From contig CAZIAF010000002.1 in NCBI GenBank assembly GCA_964537625.1, forward strand, positions 2,406 through 42,863: a DNA stretch of 40,458 nt, in the 5' to 3' direction. The position numbers were made by a program, and so were the translations under genes. The notes below the pieces were generated by a model that saw only the letters and a list, made by a program, of their open reading frames with translations, did no database searches and had not been told where the DNA came from. This stretch comes from an uncultured Candidatus Bathyarchaeia archaeon. GTDB taxonomy: Archaea > Thermoproteota > Bathyarchaeia > TCS64. Positions 27,874 through 36,967 of this stretch are shown here, piece by piece. Position 1 is the first letter of the stretch; each line of letters starts with the position of its first letter.

Positions 27874-29040
27874 ATGTCATACGAAGTAATGGTCGGTAAC
27901 AAGGCGACCGCTGTCGGCTGTAAGCTCGCACGTGTTCAGGTCGCATCTGCCTTCCCAATTACACCGCAGACTACTATCACCGAGTATCTCTCGGAGATGT
28001 ATGCCAGCGGTGAGATACCGAATTTTGAGTTCGTCAACGTCGAGGGTGAACTAAGTTCCCAAGTCGTCGCACAGGCCGCTGAAGCTGTTGGAGCACGAAG
28101 CTTTACCTGTACTTCCGGTCCAGGCCTTCTCTACATGCATCACCCCATGCAGGAGACCGCTTCTAAGAGGCTGCCTCTAGTTATGGCAGTCGTTCACCGT
28201 GGTGTGAAGAGCATGCAGCCCGACCACAGCGACCTCATGTCACAGCAGTGGCAAGGCTGGCTCCACCTATATGTAGAAAATGCTCAGGAGATCCTCGACA
28301 CAATGGTTATGGCCTACAAGATCGCTGAGGACAAACGTATCCGTTTACCCGTCGCAATTGGCTACGATGGCTATGTTCTAAGTTACACGGCTGAGCCAGT
28401 CGAGATTCCCGCGCAGGAAGAGGTCGACGCGTTCCTTCCACCATATAAAGCAATGCCAAGCATCCTACCCGACGAGGCCGACCCCGCAACTTTCTCAAGG
28501 GGATGGGGGGAGGGCGATCCCATGAAGCCTTGGCAAATACATCACGAGGCAGCCCTCAACGGTGAGAAAGTTATCAAGGAGGTCTTCGCCGAGTGGGGGA
28601 AGAAGTTTGGCCGCACATATGGCAACGGCATGGTTGAGGCCTATAGAGTCGAGGGTGCAGATTGCATCATCACTGCGATGGGTACTATCGCCGGCACCGC
28701 CTCAGCAGCGATTGACAATCTCTGGGCTGAGGGCAAGAAGGTAGGTCTTGTAAAGATCAGAAGCTTCCTACCCTTCCCGAGAAAAGACTTCCAAGAGTAC
28801 GCAAAGAATGTAGGTGCCATCGGAGTATTCGACCGGAGTTGCCAACCTGGCATGGGGGGTCCCGTCTATCATCAGATGAGGAGTACACTGTATGATGGGG
28901 AGAAGAAGACCCCTGTCATCGGCTTCATCGGAGGTCTCAGTGGTAAGGAAGTTCGTGTAGGCGACATAATGAAGATTGGGGAAAAGACCCTTAAAGTAGC
29001 GAAGGGTGGGAAGCCTGAAGCTCCCACCCAATGGGTTTAG
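27874..29040 (+). CDS. porA: 2-oxoacid (pyruvate-type):ferredoxin oxidoreductase alpha subunit
   Basis: GNKATAVGCKLARVQVASAFPITPQT. AGGAGG lies upstream. Length and order (GD-A-B) fit POR/VOR operons. Confidence 0.88.
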   Translation: MSYEVMVGNKATAVGCKLARVQVASAFPITPQTTITEYLSEMYASGEIPNFEFVNVEGELSSQVVAQAAEAVGARSFTCTSGPGLLYMHHPMQETASKRLPLVMAVVHRGVKSMQPDHSDLMSQQWQGWLHLYVENAQEILDTMVMAYKIAEDKRIRLPVAIGYDGYVLSYTAEPVEIPAQEEVDAFLPPYKAMPSILPDEADPATFSRGWGEGDPMKPWQIHHEAALNGEKVIKEVFAEWGKKFGRTYGNGMVEAYRVEGADCIITAMGTIAGTASAAIDNLWAEGKKVGLVKIRSFLPFPRKDFQEYAKNVGAIGVFDRSCQPGMGGPVYHQMRSTLYDGEKKTPVIGFIGGLSGKEVRVGDIMKIGEKTLKVAKGGKPEAPTQWV

Positions 29041-29053
29041 GAGGTAATGTGAA

Positions 29054-29947
29054 ATGAGTCAAAGAATGACGAGAGCGCAAGTTCCGATGGAAGAGATGAT
29101 TTATGCCCCGGGCAGCACCTGCCAAGGTTGCGGTGCCGCCATGGCGGCAAGGCTCACTTTCAAGGTCCTTGGACCAAACCTCATCCGTCACGGCATTCCA
29201 TGTTGCCCAGACCATGTAACTAAGCACCCACGAGCAGGCGCAGTGTTTGAGGGAGGCGGCGCATCTCTGACGGGCACTGCTCACGGTCTAAAGGCTATTG
29301 GTAGGACCGATGTGAAAGCTGTCGCCTTTTTCGGCGACGGTGGAACTTACGATATCGGTTTCCAGGGTCTCTCAGCAGCCGCTGAAAGGAACGAAAACAT
29401 CTTGGTCATCACTAAGGACAACGAGGCCTACATGAATACCGGTGGCCAGAGGAGTGGTGGGACCCCGAAGTACGCAGAGACCACCACTAACCCCGTCGGC
29501 CCCAACAGCAGGGGAAAGAACGAGCCCAAAAAGAACATCCCAATGATCTTCGCGGCACACTATGTACCTTATATCGCTACAGCTAGCATCGCTTTCCCTG
29601 AGGATTTAATGCAGAAAGTCAAGTATGCCAAGGACATCGAGGGTTTCAGGCTGATACTCATCCAATCCCCATGTCCAGTCGGTTGGCGCTTCGACCCCGC
29701 TAAGACCGTTGAACTCGCCCGTGCGGGCGTCCAAGCAGGCGTCTGGCCACTCTACGAGATCGAGAACGGCACCAGCTTCAAGCTAAATTATAAACCGAAG
29801 GAGCTGAAGCCGATAAGCGAGTATCTTAAGCCACAGTCTCGCTTCCGCCACATGACAGAAGCCGAGATCAATGAAATCCAAACCAGCGTCACTGATAAAT
29901 GGGCGAAGCTTCTCAAGGCGGACGAATCCAAGACTGTCGTCCTCTAA
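29054..29947 (+). CDS. porB: 2-oxoacid (pyruvate-type):ferredoxin oxidoreductase beta subunit (TPP-binding)
   Basis: CQGCG near the N-terminus and GDGGTYDIGFQGLSAAAERNENI...NEAYMNTGGQ (TPP motif). Confidence 0.88.
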   Translation: MSQRMTRAQVPMEEMIYAPGSTCQGCGAAMAARLTFKVLGPNLIRHGIPCCPDHVTKHPRAGAVFEGGGASLTGTAHGLKAIGRTDVKAVAFFGDGGTYDIGFQGLSAAAERNENILVITKDNEAYMNTGGQRSGGTPKYAETTTNPVGPNSRGKNEPKKNIPMIFAAHYVPYIATASIAFPEDLMQKVKYAKDIEGFRLILIQSPCPVGWRFDPAKTVELARAGVQAGVWPLYEIENGTSFKLNYKPKELKPISEYLKPQSRFRHMTEAEINEIQTSVTDKWAKLLKADESKTVVL

Positions 29948-29950
29948 ACC

Positions 29951-29966
29951 TTTTTTTAAAATTTTT
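29951..29966 (+). terminator. Double oligo-T tract after the oxidoreductase operon
   Basis: TAAACC is followed by TTTTTTT, then AAAA and TTTTT. Confidence 0.45.
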
Positions 29967-30256
29967 CGCGCATAATATCATGCACTACTTCAGCGGGTTT
30001 TTATTTTCTCCTAAAGTTTAATTCTCCGTCAGACATCCCATTTTGACATATTGTCGGTGCTGGATCAGCTAAGAGGGGGTCTACCGCGGAGTTTTTACGC
30101 TATCGCCTTCTCGGGCACGCGCTTCTGGGATTTAGGCTATAGCCTAGGGCCTTTTATCACTAGCTTCGCTTTAGGAATACTATCTTACCCGACTTTTTTT
30201 TCCTTGCAGCTCTGCATGCTTCCCAGCGTTCTCGCTTTAAAGGAGAAAAAAGCGGA

Positions 30257-31423
30257 ATGAACGCTCAGGGGATATTTAGGTACCCGGGAGTACTGATAGG
30301 CGGGTTCATTTCTCTCACTATTCTATCCATCATGAACTCCTCCTACAGTTATGTCCTAGACTCCGTTAAGCAAGATTTGAACCTCACTTACACTCAAAGC
30401 GGCGCTCTGATGTCTGCTTACTTCGTAGGCTATGCTTTCGGCCAGATCCCTTGGGGACTTCTCGCTGATAGGTTTGGGAGCCAAAGAGTTATGAGCGTAA
30501 GCATCTTCGGCGTCTCCATAGCTACAGTACTCTTCGGATTTGCCGATGGATTCTGGACAGCAGCCATAGCGAGGTTCCTCTCTGGTCTCCTTGGTGCTGG
30601 GGTCTTCGTACCAGCGGTTCGCCTTATTGCAGGTTGGTATGAAAAAAAGGAACGGGGAACAGCTCTAGGGCTGCTAAACATTGGGGGAAGTATAGGCCTA
30701 TTCATTGTGACATGGGCTTCTCCACTTCTAGCAATCGCAAATGGGTGGAGACTCTCTATAATGATTCAGGGAGCTGTGGGTATGAGCTTAGCTTTCCTGG
30801 TTTTTTACAGTTTGAAGAATGAAAAGAGAACTCGCAACAACTCGGTTAAAGAGATAACTGTCGTACTCAGGGAGAGAAACTTCTGGATTCTTGCATTTGT
30901 TCAGTTTATCCGCCTCGGCAGTTACTATACCTTCCTTGCCTGGCTACCACTCCTCCTCAAGGAGGACTATAACTTCGACGTTCTACTCGTAGGCACCACA
31001 ATGAGTCTATTTAATCTCGCTGGTATGATCTCGAATCCGGTGGGGGGGATCCTTGCCGACAGAGTCGGAGAGAGGACGGTCTTAATCGGAAGCTTCCTCC
31101 TCCTCGCTGTTAACGTTTACACCTTCACGATGCTGCCTGTCGGGACGTCACTTCTAATCGCATCATTTTTGCTAGGTTGGTTCATCAACTTCGTGAGGAG
31201 CCCAGCCTTCACGATAATCCCACGGCTATTCGGAGCGGAGACCGCTGGCAGCCTCTCTGGTTTACACAACACCTTTGCCAGCTTAGGCGCTCTAACCCTC
31301 CCCCTCATGTTAGGGGTAGTCAAAGACGCAACATTAAGATACAACATTGGGTGGCTAGCGTTGAGTAGCCTAATTTTTACTGGCTCTATTCTATTGGCAT
31401 TCGTAAAAGAACCATCAGATTGA
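30257..31423 (+). CDS. MFS transporter (12 TM)
   Basis: I count twelve hydrophobic helices. The MFS loop motif is GLLADRFGSQRVM. Confidence 0.85.
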   Translation: MNAQGIFRYPGVLIGGFISLTILSIMNSSYSYVLDSVKQDLNLTYTQSGALMSAYFVGYAFGQIPWGLLADRFGSQRVMSVSIFGVSIATVLFGFADGFWTAAIARFLSGLLGAGVFVPAVRLIAGWYEKKERGTALGLLNIGGSIGLFIVTWASPLLAIANGWRLSIMIQGAVGMSLAFLVFYSLKNEKRTRNNSVKEITVVLRERNFWILAFVQFIRLGSYYTFLAWLPLLLKEDYNFDVLLVGTTMSLFNLAGMISNPVGGILADRVGERTVLIGSFLLLAVNVYTFTMLPVGTSLLIASFLLGWFINFVRSPAFTIIPRLFGAETAGSLSGLHNTFASLGALTLPLMLGVVKDATLRYNIGWLALSSLIFTGSILLAFVKEPSD

Positions 31424-31473
31424 TATGCCCCTATATCTTTTTAAGGGCAGGTAAAACCTCAAACCTGTAATAG

Positions 31474-32007
31474 GTGAAACACATGGTTTACTGCCCTAAA
31501 TGTGGAAAGGAGAACAAAGACGACGCCGTCTTCTGCCAGAGCTGTGGAGCCAGTCTGAAAGCTGAGCAAGTCGTTTATCGGCGCCACGAAAGTGACCGAG
31601 AGAAAAATGAGAAGCAGGAGAAGACGGAAAGGAATGAGAAAGGTGAGAAAGATGAGAAGAATGAAGGCGGAGGAATGGCCGCAGGCCTTGTCGGGGGCCT
31701 GATAATTATCTGGCTGGGCATAGTCTTCTTGCTACGCGAATATAACTACATAGCGTCCAACGACTTCGGTGGATGGTTCATGCTTGGTATAGGCGTAATA
31801 CTGATTCTAAGGGGGGTATTAGCCTACATTCAGACAAGTAATTGGCGTACCTCAAATGGTTACATCATCGGTGGCCTCGTGCTTGGTGCCCTCGGAGGCT
31901 TCAGCGTATTCAGTTTGAGAGACAAGTGGCCGTACATTGTAATAATCATCGGAGCCTATATTGTATTGAGCGCTTTCATGGCCAGAAACAATAATCCTAA
32001 ACCTTAA
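31474..32007 (+). CDS. Zinc-ribbon membrane protein with Glu/Lys-rich linker
   Basis: CPKCG...CQSCG ribbon, linker REKNEKQEKTERNEKGEKDEKNEGG, then 3-4 TM helices. Start is GTG 31474 or ATG 31483. Confidence 0.6.
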   Translation: MKHMVYCPKCGKENKDDAVFCQSCGASLKAEQVVYRRHESDREKNEKQEKTERNEKGEKDEKNEGGGMAAGLVGGLIIIWLGIVFLLREYNYIASNDFGGWFMLGIGVILILRGVLAYIQTSNWRTSNGYIIGGLVLGALGGFSVFSLRDKWPYIVIIIGAYIVLSAFMARNNNPKP

Positions 32008-33149
32008 AAGACCCAGCCCACCAAAGCACGCCAAAGCCGGTGCTCTAGTACCACCTCTCTTCTGTCTCTTCCAAAGACCCTGAAGTGATTTTTTCCCATT
32101 GCCTCTATGAGGTCACCAATCTCGTATCGAGGGAGCATAGAAGATGATATTATTATCCTCCCCCACTCTCCGCGCCTCATCTCGTGGAGCATCTTAACCC
32201 CTGAACTGGTCTTGACCTCGAAAAGATATGAGTCGAAGTTGGGGGAGACATAAGGCAACTCATCTCTCTGCTGGGCAAAAGCACCTTCCGTCGCAGTATA
32301 CATCTCCACCACAGGTACCTCTCCGTACATAGAGCGAAGCTTAGGTAAGTAATTCTGCTGAATTTTTGCTACGCTGGTGCTGAAAATAACCTTTAGCTTC
32401 CATAAATCAAGTGGTTTTATGCCATAGCGTTTCTTTATGTACCGGGCGAAACCAGTCTGGACGGGTGCAACGCCAATTACACTGATGATCTCCCGATCCT
32501 TCGCTTGCTGATAAATGTAATCATATCTCCTCTCCCACCCAGCGTCAGTTAGATCCGTTTGGAGAGCGTCAATCTCCTCCTGTCTAGGAACTAAACTAAG
32601 CCCCATCATCATTGGGTTAAGCTTCGCGTAGGTTCCGGAGCTGAAACCATAGACCACTTCCTTCCCACCCTGATTTAAGACCTGTATGTTGCTCGGAAAC
32701 TGGAGGTTGAGAACACCTCCAGCGAGGAGGCTGAGACCACCGTTACTCATAGCAAAATTTAGAACCGCCCGGGAACCGCACCTAATAATATCCTGGAGAT
32801 GACGAGGGGTAACCGGAATGACCTTTGAGAGGCCTGTCGTCCCTCTCGTCATAACCCAGGTAATCGGCTCCTCATCGAGAAAAACCCCATAACCTTCTCT
32901 CCTGACACGTTCAAACCATGGCTCCAGATCACCGTATTTAACCACCGGGAATTTCTTCTTATATTCCTCTATAGAAGCAATTGTAGTCGCCATATGCTCC
33001 TTTCCATAAGTTGTTTTTGCGTAACGTTCGAGCAGGTCTCCGAGAACCTTTATCTGAGCAGTAACAGGATCTCTAAGTGATTCCCTCCAAGCGTCCAGAT
33101 TCGTTGTGATCCTGCTGATGGGATCGTCGAACAAACTTGACCGAGCCAT
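32004..33149 (-). CDS. GH3-like adenylate-forming enzyme, ending at the hinge (no C-terminal subdomain)
   Basis: MTRGTTGLSKVIPVTP (P-loop-like TSGTTG motif), YTATEG and LPRYEIGDLIEAMG...FRVFGRDR all match the GH3/ANL layout. The ORF stops 12 aa after the GR hinge. Confidence 0.5.
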   Translation of the reverse strand: MARSSLFDDPISRITTNLDAWRESLRDPVTAQIKVLGDLLERYAKTTYGKEHMATTIASIEEYKKKFPVVKYGDLEPWFERVRREGYGVFLDEEPITWVMTRGTTGLSKVIPVTPRHLQDIIRCGSRAVLNFAMSNGGLSLLAGGVLNLQFPSNIQVLNQGGKEVVYGFSSGTYAKLNPMMMGLSLVPRQEEIDALQTDLTDAGWERRYDYIYQQAKDREIISVIGVAPVQTGFARYIKKRYGIKPLDLWKLKVIFSTSVAKIQQNYLPKLRSMYGEVPVVEMYTATEGAFAQQRDELPYVSPNFDSYLFEVKTSSGVKMLHEMRRGEWGRIIISSSMLPRYEIGDLIEAMGKNHFRVFGRDRREVVLEHRLWRALVGWVF

Positions 33150-33232
33150 ATTTTAAGGATCGAGGTTAAAGGGGTTCCCCTTAGCAACTCTTTTTATTCG
33201 TTGAAAACTCCCCTTACCGCAAGTGGAAATCC

Positions 33233-33976
33233 ATGAAAAAGCAAGTTATTCTAACTGTAGCCGAGTCCAAGCGGTTGATTGCTAAAGGAGTCGCTGTCAT
33301 TCCCGAGGTCCAAGAAGCGATGCAAGACGGCATAGTAGTTGTCGCCACAGGTACCACTAACGCCTATGTCCTTCAGGAGCTCTGGGGTGAGAAGTTTGAT
33401 CTTCGCAGATACAGAAGCGGTATAACTACTCCAATTATTGCTGAGAAGACTGCTGAGAAACAAGAAGATCCTCTCGCCGACATCGTCTTCAGAAAGGGAG
33501 AGATAGCTAGGGAACTTGACCGCTACACAGCTGTACAGCATATGAGTAAAGGTGACGTTTACATTAAGGGCGCTAACGCCCTCGACTACGCCGGACAGAT
33601 GGCCGGCGTCCTCATCGGAGGCGTGACTGGCGGCACCGTCGGTGCTGTTCTCGGTACTATTATCGGCAAAAAGATCACCTTAGTCATCCCAATAGGCCTC
33701 GAAAAAACCGTTTACGAGGACATGAACGAGCTTCACATCCTCACCATGGATCCGGACAACGATGGCCCCGCGATCTGGCCAATAACCGGGATCATTTTCA
33801 CCGAGATCGAAGCACTGGAGATTCTCTGTGGAGTACAAGCGACTCTAATTTCTGCTGGTGGTGTCGCTGGAGCGGAGGGGAGCGTTCGCCTCCTTATCGA
33901 GGGAATGGACGAGGATGTCGAAGCCGCTCTGGAGCTCGTAAAAAGCGTAAAGGGCGAGCCTCGCTATCTCCTCTAG
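33233..33976 (+). CDS. Conserved hypothetical protein (Gly-rich loop GGVTGGTVGAVLGTIIG)
   Basis: 247-aa ORF with normal composition. Its stop is 14 nt before the RsmA start. I do not recognise the family. Confidence 0.55.
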   Translation: MKKQVILTVAESKRLIAKGVAVIPEVQEAMQDGIVVVATGTTNAYVLQELWGEKFDLRRYRSGITTPIIAEKTAEKQEDPLADIVFRKGEIARELDRYTAVQHMSKGDVYIKGANALDYAGQMAGVLIGGVTGGTVGAVLGTIIGKKITLVIPIGLEKTVYEDMNELHILTMDPDNDGPAIWPITGIIFTEIEALEILCGVQATLISAGGVAGAEGSVRLLIEGMDEDVEAALELVKSVKGEPRYLL

Positions 33977-33990
33977 TCGGTGCAGAAACC

Positions 33991-34818
33991 GTGCTTAGAG
34001 ACCAGACCGCCTCATTATTAATGAAATACGGTATTTCTCTAGAGGCTGCTTTCGATGAGCAACAGCTTATCGATCCTTGGGCTATCGACGCTCTGATCGA
34101 AGCATCAGGTTTAAAGTCAGATGACACGGTTATCGAAATTGGTCCAGGAGCTGGCAATATAACAGTTGAATTAGCCGATAAAGCTGCTAAAGTCGTCGCA
34201 ATTGAGAAGAACTCTAAATTCAATTCGATTTTAAAGGAGAGGCTCAAAGGGGTTGGAAACGTCGAAGTGATCGAGGGAGATGTGTTGAAGACGCGTCTCC
34301 CCTCTTTCAATATCTTAGTATCTAATCTGCCATATTCAATTGCCGAGGCTGTTCTACAGAGACTTATCAAAGCCAAGTTCAAAGCGGCCTCCCTCATCAC
34401 TTCTTCAAATTTCGCCTCTATACTTACAGCCGCTGATAATGATCCAGAATACAGCAAACTAACCTTCGAGACGCAGTTATTTTTTGACATCAATAAGACC
34501 TTAGATGTCGGCTCCTCCTCATATTACCCCGAGCCAAAGATTTCAACTTCAATCATAACCCTCAAGCCCCGAGAGATTAAACGTCCTTTAGAGGCTGTTC
34601 TCCGGGTTTTACTTCTCCAGAGAGATAAGAAGACTAGAAACGCTTTACGGGAGGCGTTTATCGCCTCCGCTTCTCTTAGATATCCATCTACAAAGAAAGA
34701 CGCTATGAAAGTTGTTACAGATTTAAATTTAGGACCCCTCCTAGGAAAGAGAGTGGCAAGATTAAACCTAGCTGAACTTTTGTTGATCCACGAACGACTA
34801 GATCATCTGCCCAGCTAA
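33991..34818 (+). CDS. rsmA: 16S/18S rRNA (adenine-N6,N6)-dimethyltransferase RsmA/KsgA/Dim1
   Basis: SAM motif VIEIGPGAGNIT, AIEKN and catalytic VSNLPYSI. Start is GTG 33991 or ATG 34021. Confidence 0.88.
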   Translation: MLRDQTASLLMKYGISLEAAFDEQQLIDPWAIDALIEASGLKSDDTVIEIGPGAGNITVELADKAAKVVAIEKNSKFNSILKERLKGVGNVEVIEGDVLKTRLPSFNILVSNLPYSIAEAVLQRLIKAKFKAASLITSSNFASILTAADNDPEYSKLTFETQLFFDINKTLDVGSSSYYPEPKISTSIITLKPREIKRPLEAVLRVLLLQRDKKTRNALREAFIASASLRYPSTKKDAMKVVTDLNLGPLLGKRVARLNLAELLLIHERLDHLPS

Positions 34819-35202
34819 CTCGTCCCAAATGCCATCTAAAACCATCATTGTGACCAAATCATCGGCGATATGGATAACTGCTGTATGGTGTTTGATCATC
34901 TGAATCACATTCTGTCCTGTCCGATCACCGTAGCCTCCATTGCTACAGTCGAACTCGATTGTCACTATAGTAAATCTAGTGGTAACGTAAGTTAGAGTCT
35001 GAGTCACCCCAACGACCTTAACTGAGTTAGCGATCCCGTCGAAGGAGAATGTGGATGAATTATAAAGATGGTCAAGAGCAATTTTAGCAGACATATCCTC
35101 ATGTGATTGCTGGCTTCTCTGCCAAGCATAGATGGAGGCCGCTGGAAAAATCATAGCTCCTAGAATTAAGGCGAGAAGTATTAGGCTGCTATTCCTTGAC
35201 AA
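34798..35202 (-). CDS. Hypothetical membrane-anchored/secreted protein
   Basis: 134 aa with a TTG start and an N-terminal hydrophobic helix LILLALILGAMIFPAASIYA. It overlaps the rsmA 3' end by 21 nt (convergent). Confidence 0.45.
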   Translation of the reverse strand: MSRNSSLILLALILGAMIFPAASIYAWQRSQQSHEDMSAKIALDHLYNSSTFSFDGIANSVKVVGVTQTLTYVTTRFTIVTIEFDCSNGGYGDRTGQNVIQMIKHHTAVIHIADDLVTMMVLDGIWDELAGQMI

Positions 35203-35330
35203 GTATATTCACTAACCTATACGATATCGTGGCTTCAACTTAATGCTAGGGAAGCGAACAACTGTTCCAAACTTCAGAACAGCATGGCGAGATTGAAATA
35301 GTAGCCCCACCATTTGCCTATTGAGGTCAC

Positions 35331-35576
35331 TTGAAGGCATACGTTCTATTAAATACCGAGCTGGGGAAAGAACCCGAGGTCATCAAAGCGATGAAGGGTG
35401 CAAAGGAGATTAAGAACATCTACAGCCTCTATGGGATTTATGACATCATCATCGAGGTTGAAGCTGACACCATGGAAAGAGTGAAAGAGGTTATCTTTAA
35501 CCAGGTCAGGCGTCTTGACAACGTTAAGAGTACTATTACATTGATTACCTACGGCGACCCAGTCCGAAATACCTAG
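35331..35576 (+). CDS. Stand-alone Lrp/AsnC ligand-binding (RAM) domain protein
   Basis: 81 aa: MKAYVLLNTE...IKNIYSLYGIYDIIIEVEA...ITLI. The TTG start is obligatory, with GAGGT 5 nt upstream. Confidence 0.75.
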   Translation: MKAYVLLNTELGKEPEVIKAMKGAKEIKNIYSLYGIYDIIIEVEADTMERVKEVIFNQVRRLDNVKSTITLITYGDPVRNT

Positions 35577-35577
35577 C

Positions 35578-35584
35578 TTTTTTT
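35578..35584 (+). terminator. Oligo-T tract (7 T) after the RAM-domain gene
   Basis: TAGC is followed by TTTTTTT. Confidence 0.4.
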
Positions 35585-35730
35585 CCAACAATAGAATATT
35601 TTTTTGAGGTGGGTGAAGACCCCCCCATTAGGAGTCCGAGATCGTATTTATCCCCCTATTCTTCGTAAGGACGCCTAGTTCCACTTTTTAAAAAAGATAT
35701 ACCTTTATCTTACCTCTAGAAACTCCCAAA

Positions 35731-36825
35731 GTGGTGATAGAAATGAGAGACTCTGCTGGTCTCGGATTTGGGGGTTTCCTGCTCGGTCTAGGTGGTGGAT
35801 ACCTTGTATTCAAGGAGTATAATCTTCCAACCAACGCTTTAGCATGGGTGTTACTCATTATTGGAATGGCTGTCGTCCTCACCGCTATTCTGCAGTGGGT
35901 CAGCCCTGGATTACATCTAAACAAAGTTGTGAGCGGAGCTGCAGGTGGCTTAATACTTGCTCTATTCCTGACTCAGGGAGTAACTTTCCTACAAGGGTTA
36001 GGCGGCATCGGCAATGTTAACCAGCCATACTCAACAATGGAGCAGAAAATCTACTCAGGAGCATCAACACAAGGAATAGTCGAGATCAAGCTCGGGGGTA
36101 TAAATGGGCCAATAACTGTTAGTACTTGGGATAAGCAGGAGTATCTGATTGAGGCGAAGATCACCGCCCGTGGTGCCACCCAGAAGGAAGCAGACGACAA
36201 CCTCTCTAAACTCGTGAAAGAGCTAGTAAAGGATGATGCCCAGAGCCTCCAAAAGTTAAGCCTCGTCTATACTTCTCCCATCCTCCTCAATAACCCCTAT
36301 CGAATAACCATCGAAGTTAAACTTCCATCGTCAACTAAACTTAGCCTCGACGTTAGCACCAGCAATGGCGCAATATATCTGAGTAACATACCGGGTAACG
36401 GAGTATCTCTTCGCACATCAAATGGCCAGATTATCCTTACAAACGTGAAAGCCGAGTCTTTGATCTGCACTACTTCAAATGCTGCAATTACAGGCAATAT
36501 CGAAGCAAAGGATACTAGGATAGAAACAAGCAACGCCCACATCGAGCTGAAAATTCCAAGCACATCCAGCGGATCCTATAGAATATCAACGAGCAACGCC
36601 GCCGTCGATGTAACAGTGGGTGATGGAGCAGATTACAAGCTAGACGCTTCAACCAGTAACGCGGAAGTCGCTTTCAACCTATCTAACCTGACCTACACCA
36701 AGGACACAAAGACTTCCAAAACTGCGAAGACAAATGGCTATGATCTAGCCCAAATCAAGATTGATGTAACCATTTCAACAAGCAACGGTAGGATCGAGGT
36801 CGACAGAAGTACCTCCGGTATATAA
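35731..36825 (+). CDS. Membrane-anchored DUF4097-like (putative adhesin/beta-helix) repeat protein
   Basis: Three N-terminal TM helices are followed by seven TSN[GA]x[IV] repeat units. They are TSNGAIYL, TSNGQIIL, TSNAAITG, TSNAHIEL, TSNAAVDV, TSNAEVAF and TSNGRIEV. Start is GTG 35731 or ATG 35743. Confidence 0.7.
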   Translation: MVIEMRDSAGLGFGGFLLGLGGGYLVFKEYNLPTNALAWVLLIIGMAVVLTAILQWVSPGLHLNKVVSGAAGGLILALFLTQGVTFLQGLGGIGNVNQPYSTMEQKIYSGASTQGIVEIKLGGINGPITVSTWDKQEYLIEAKITARGATQKEADDNLSKLVKELVKDDAQSLQKLSLVYTSPILLNNPYRITIEVKLPSSTKLSLDVSTSNGAIYLSNIPGNGVSLRTSNGQIILTNVKAESLICTTSNAAITGNIEAKDTRIETSNAHIELKIPSTSSGSYRISTSNAAVDVTVGDGADYKLDASTSNAEVAFNLSNLTYTKDTKTSKTAKTNGYDLAQIKIDVTISTSNGRIEVDRSTSGI

Positions 36826-36909
36826 TCCTTGTACCAAAGCTTACAGCGTCCCCGGCAAGTGTCCTGATCCCCCTTGAAGTGTTACTCTTCACAACCTAGT
36901 TTGCCTAGG

Positions 36910-36932
36910 AACGTTTTTAGGTAACGTTTTTA
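36910..36932 (+). promoter_or_regulatory. Tandem AACGTTTTTA x2 (13-bp period), candidate TATA/BRE region of the ribosomal protein operon
   Basis: Exact 10-nt direct repeat at 36910-36919 and 36923-36932. It lies about 36 nt upstream of the preferred GTG start of uS13. Confidence 0.35.
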
Positions 36933-36967
36933 TGTTCAACAGTTACAAACTGTCGGGAGATTTCCGC

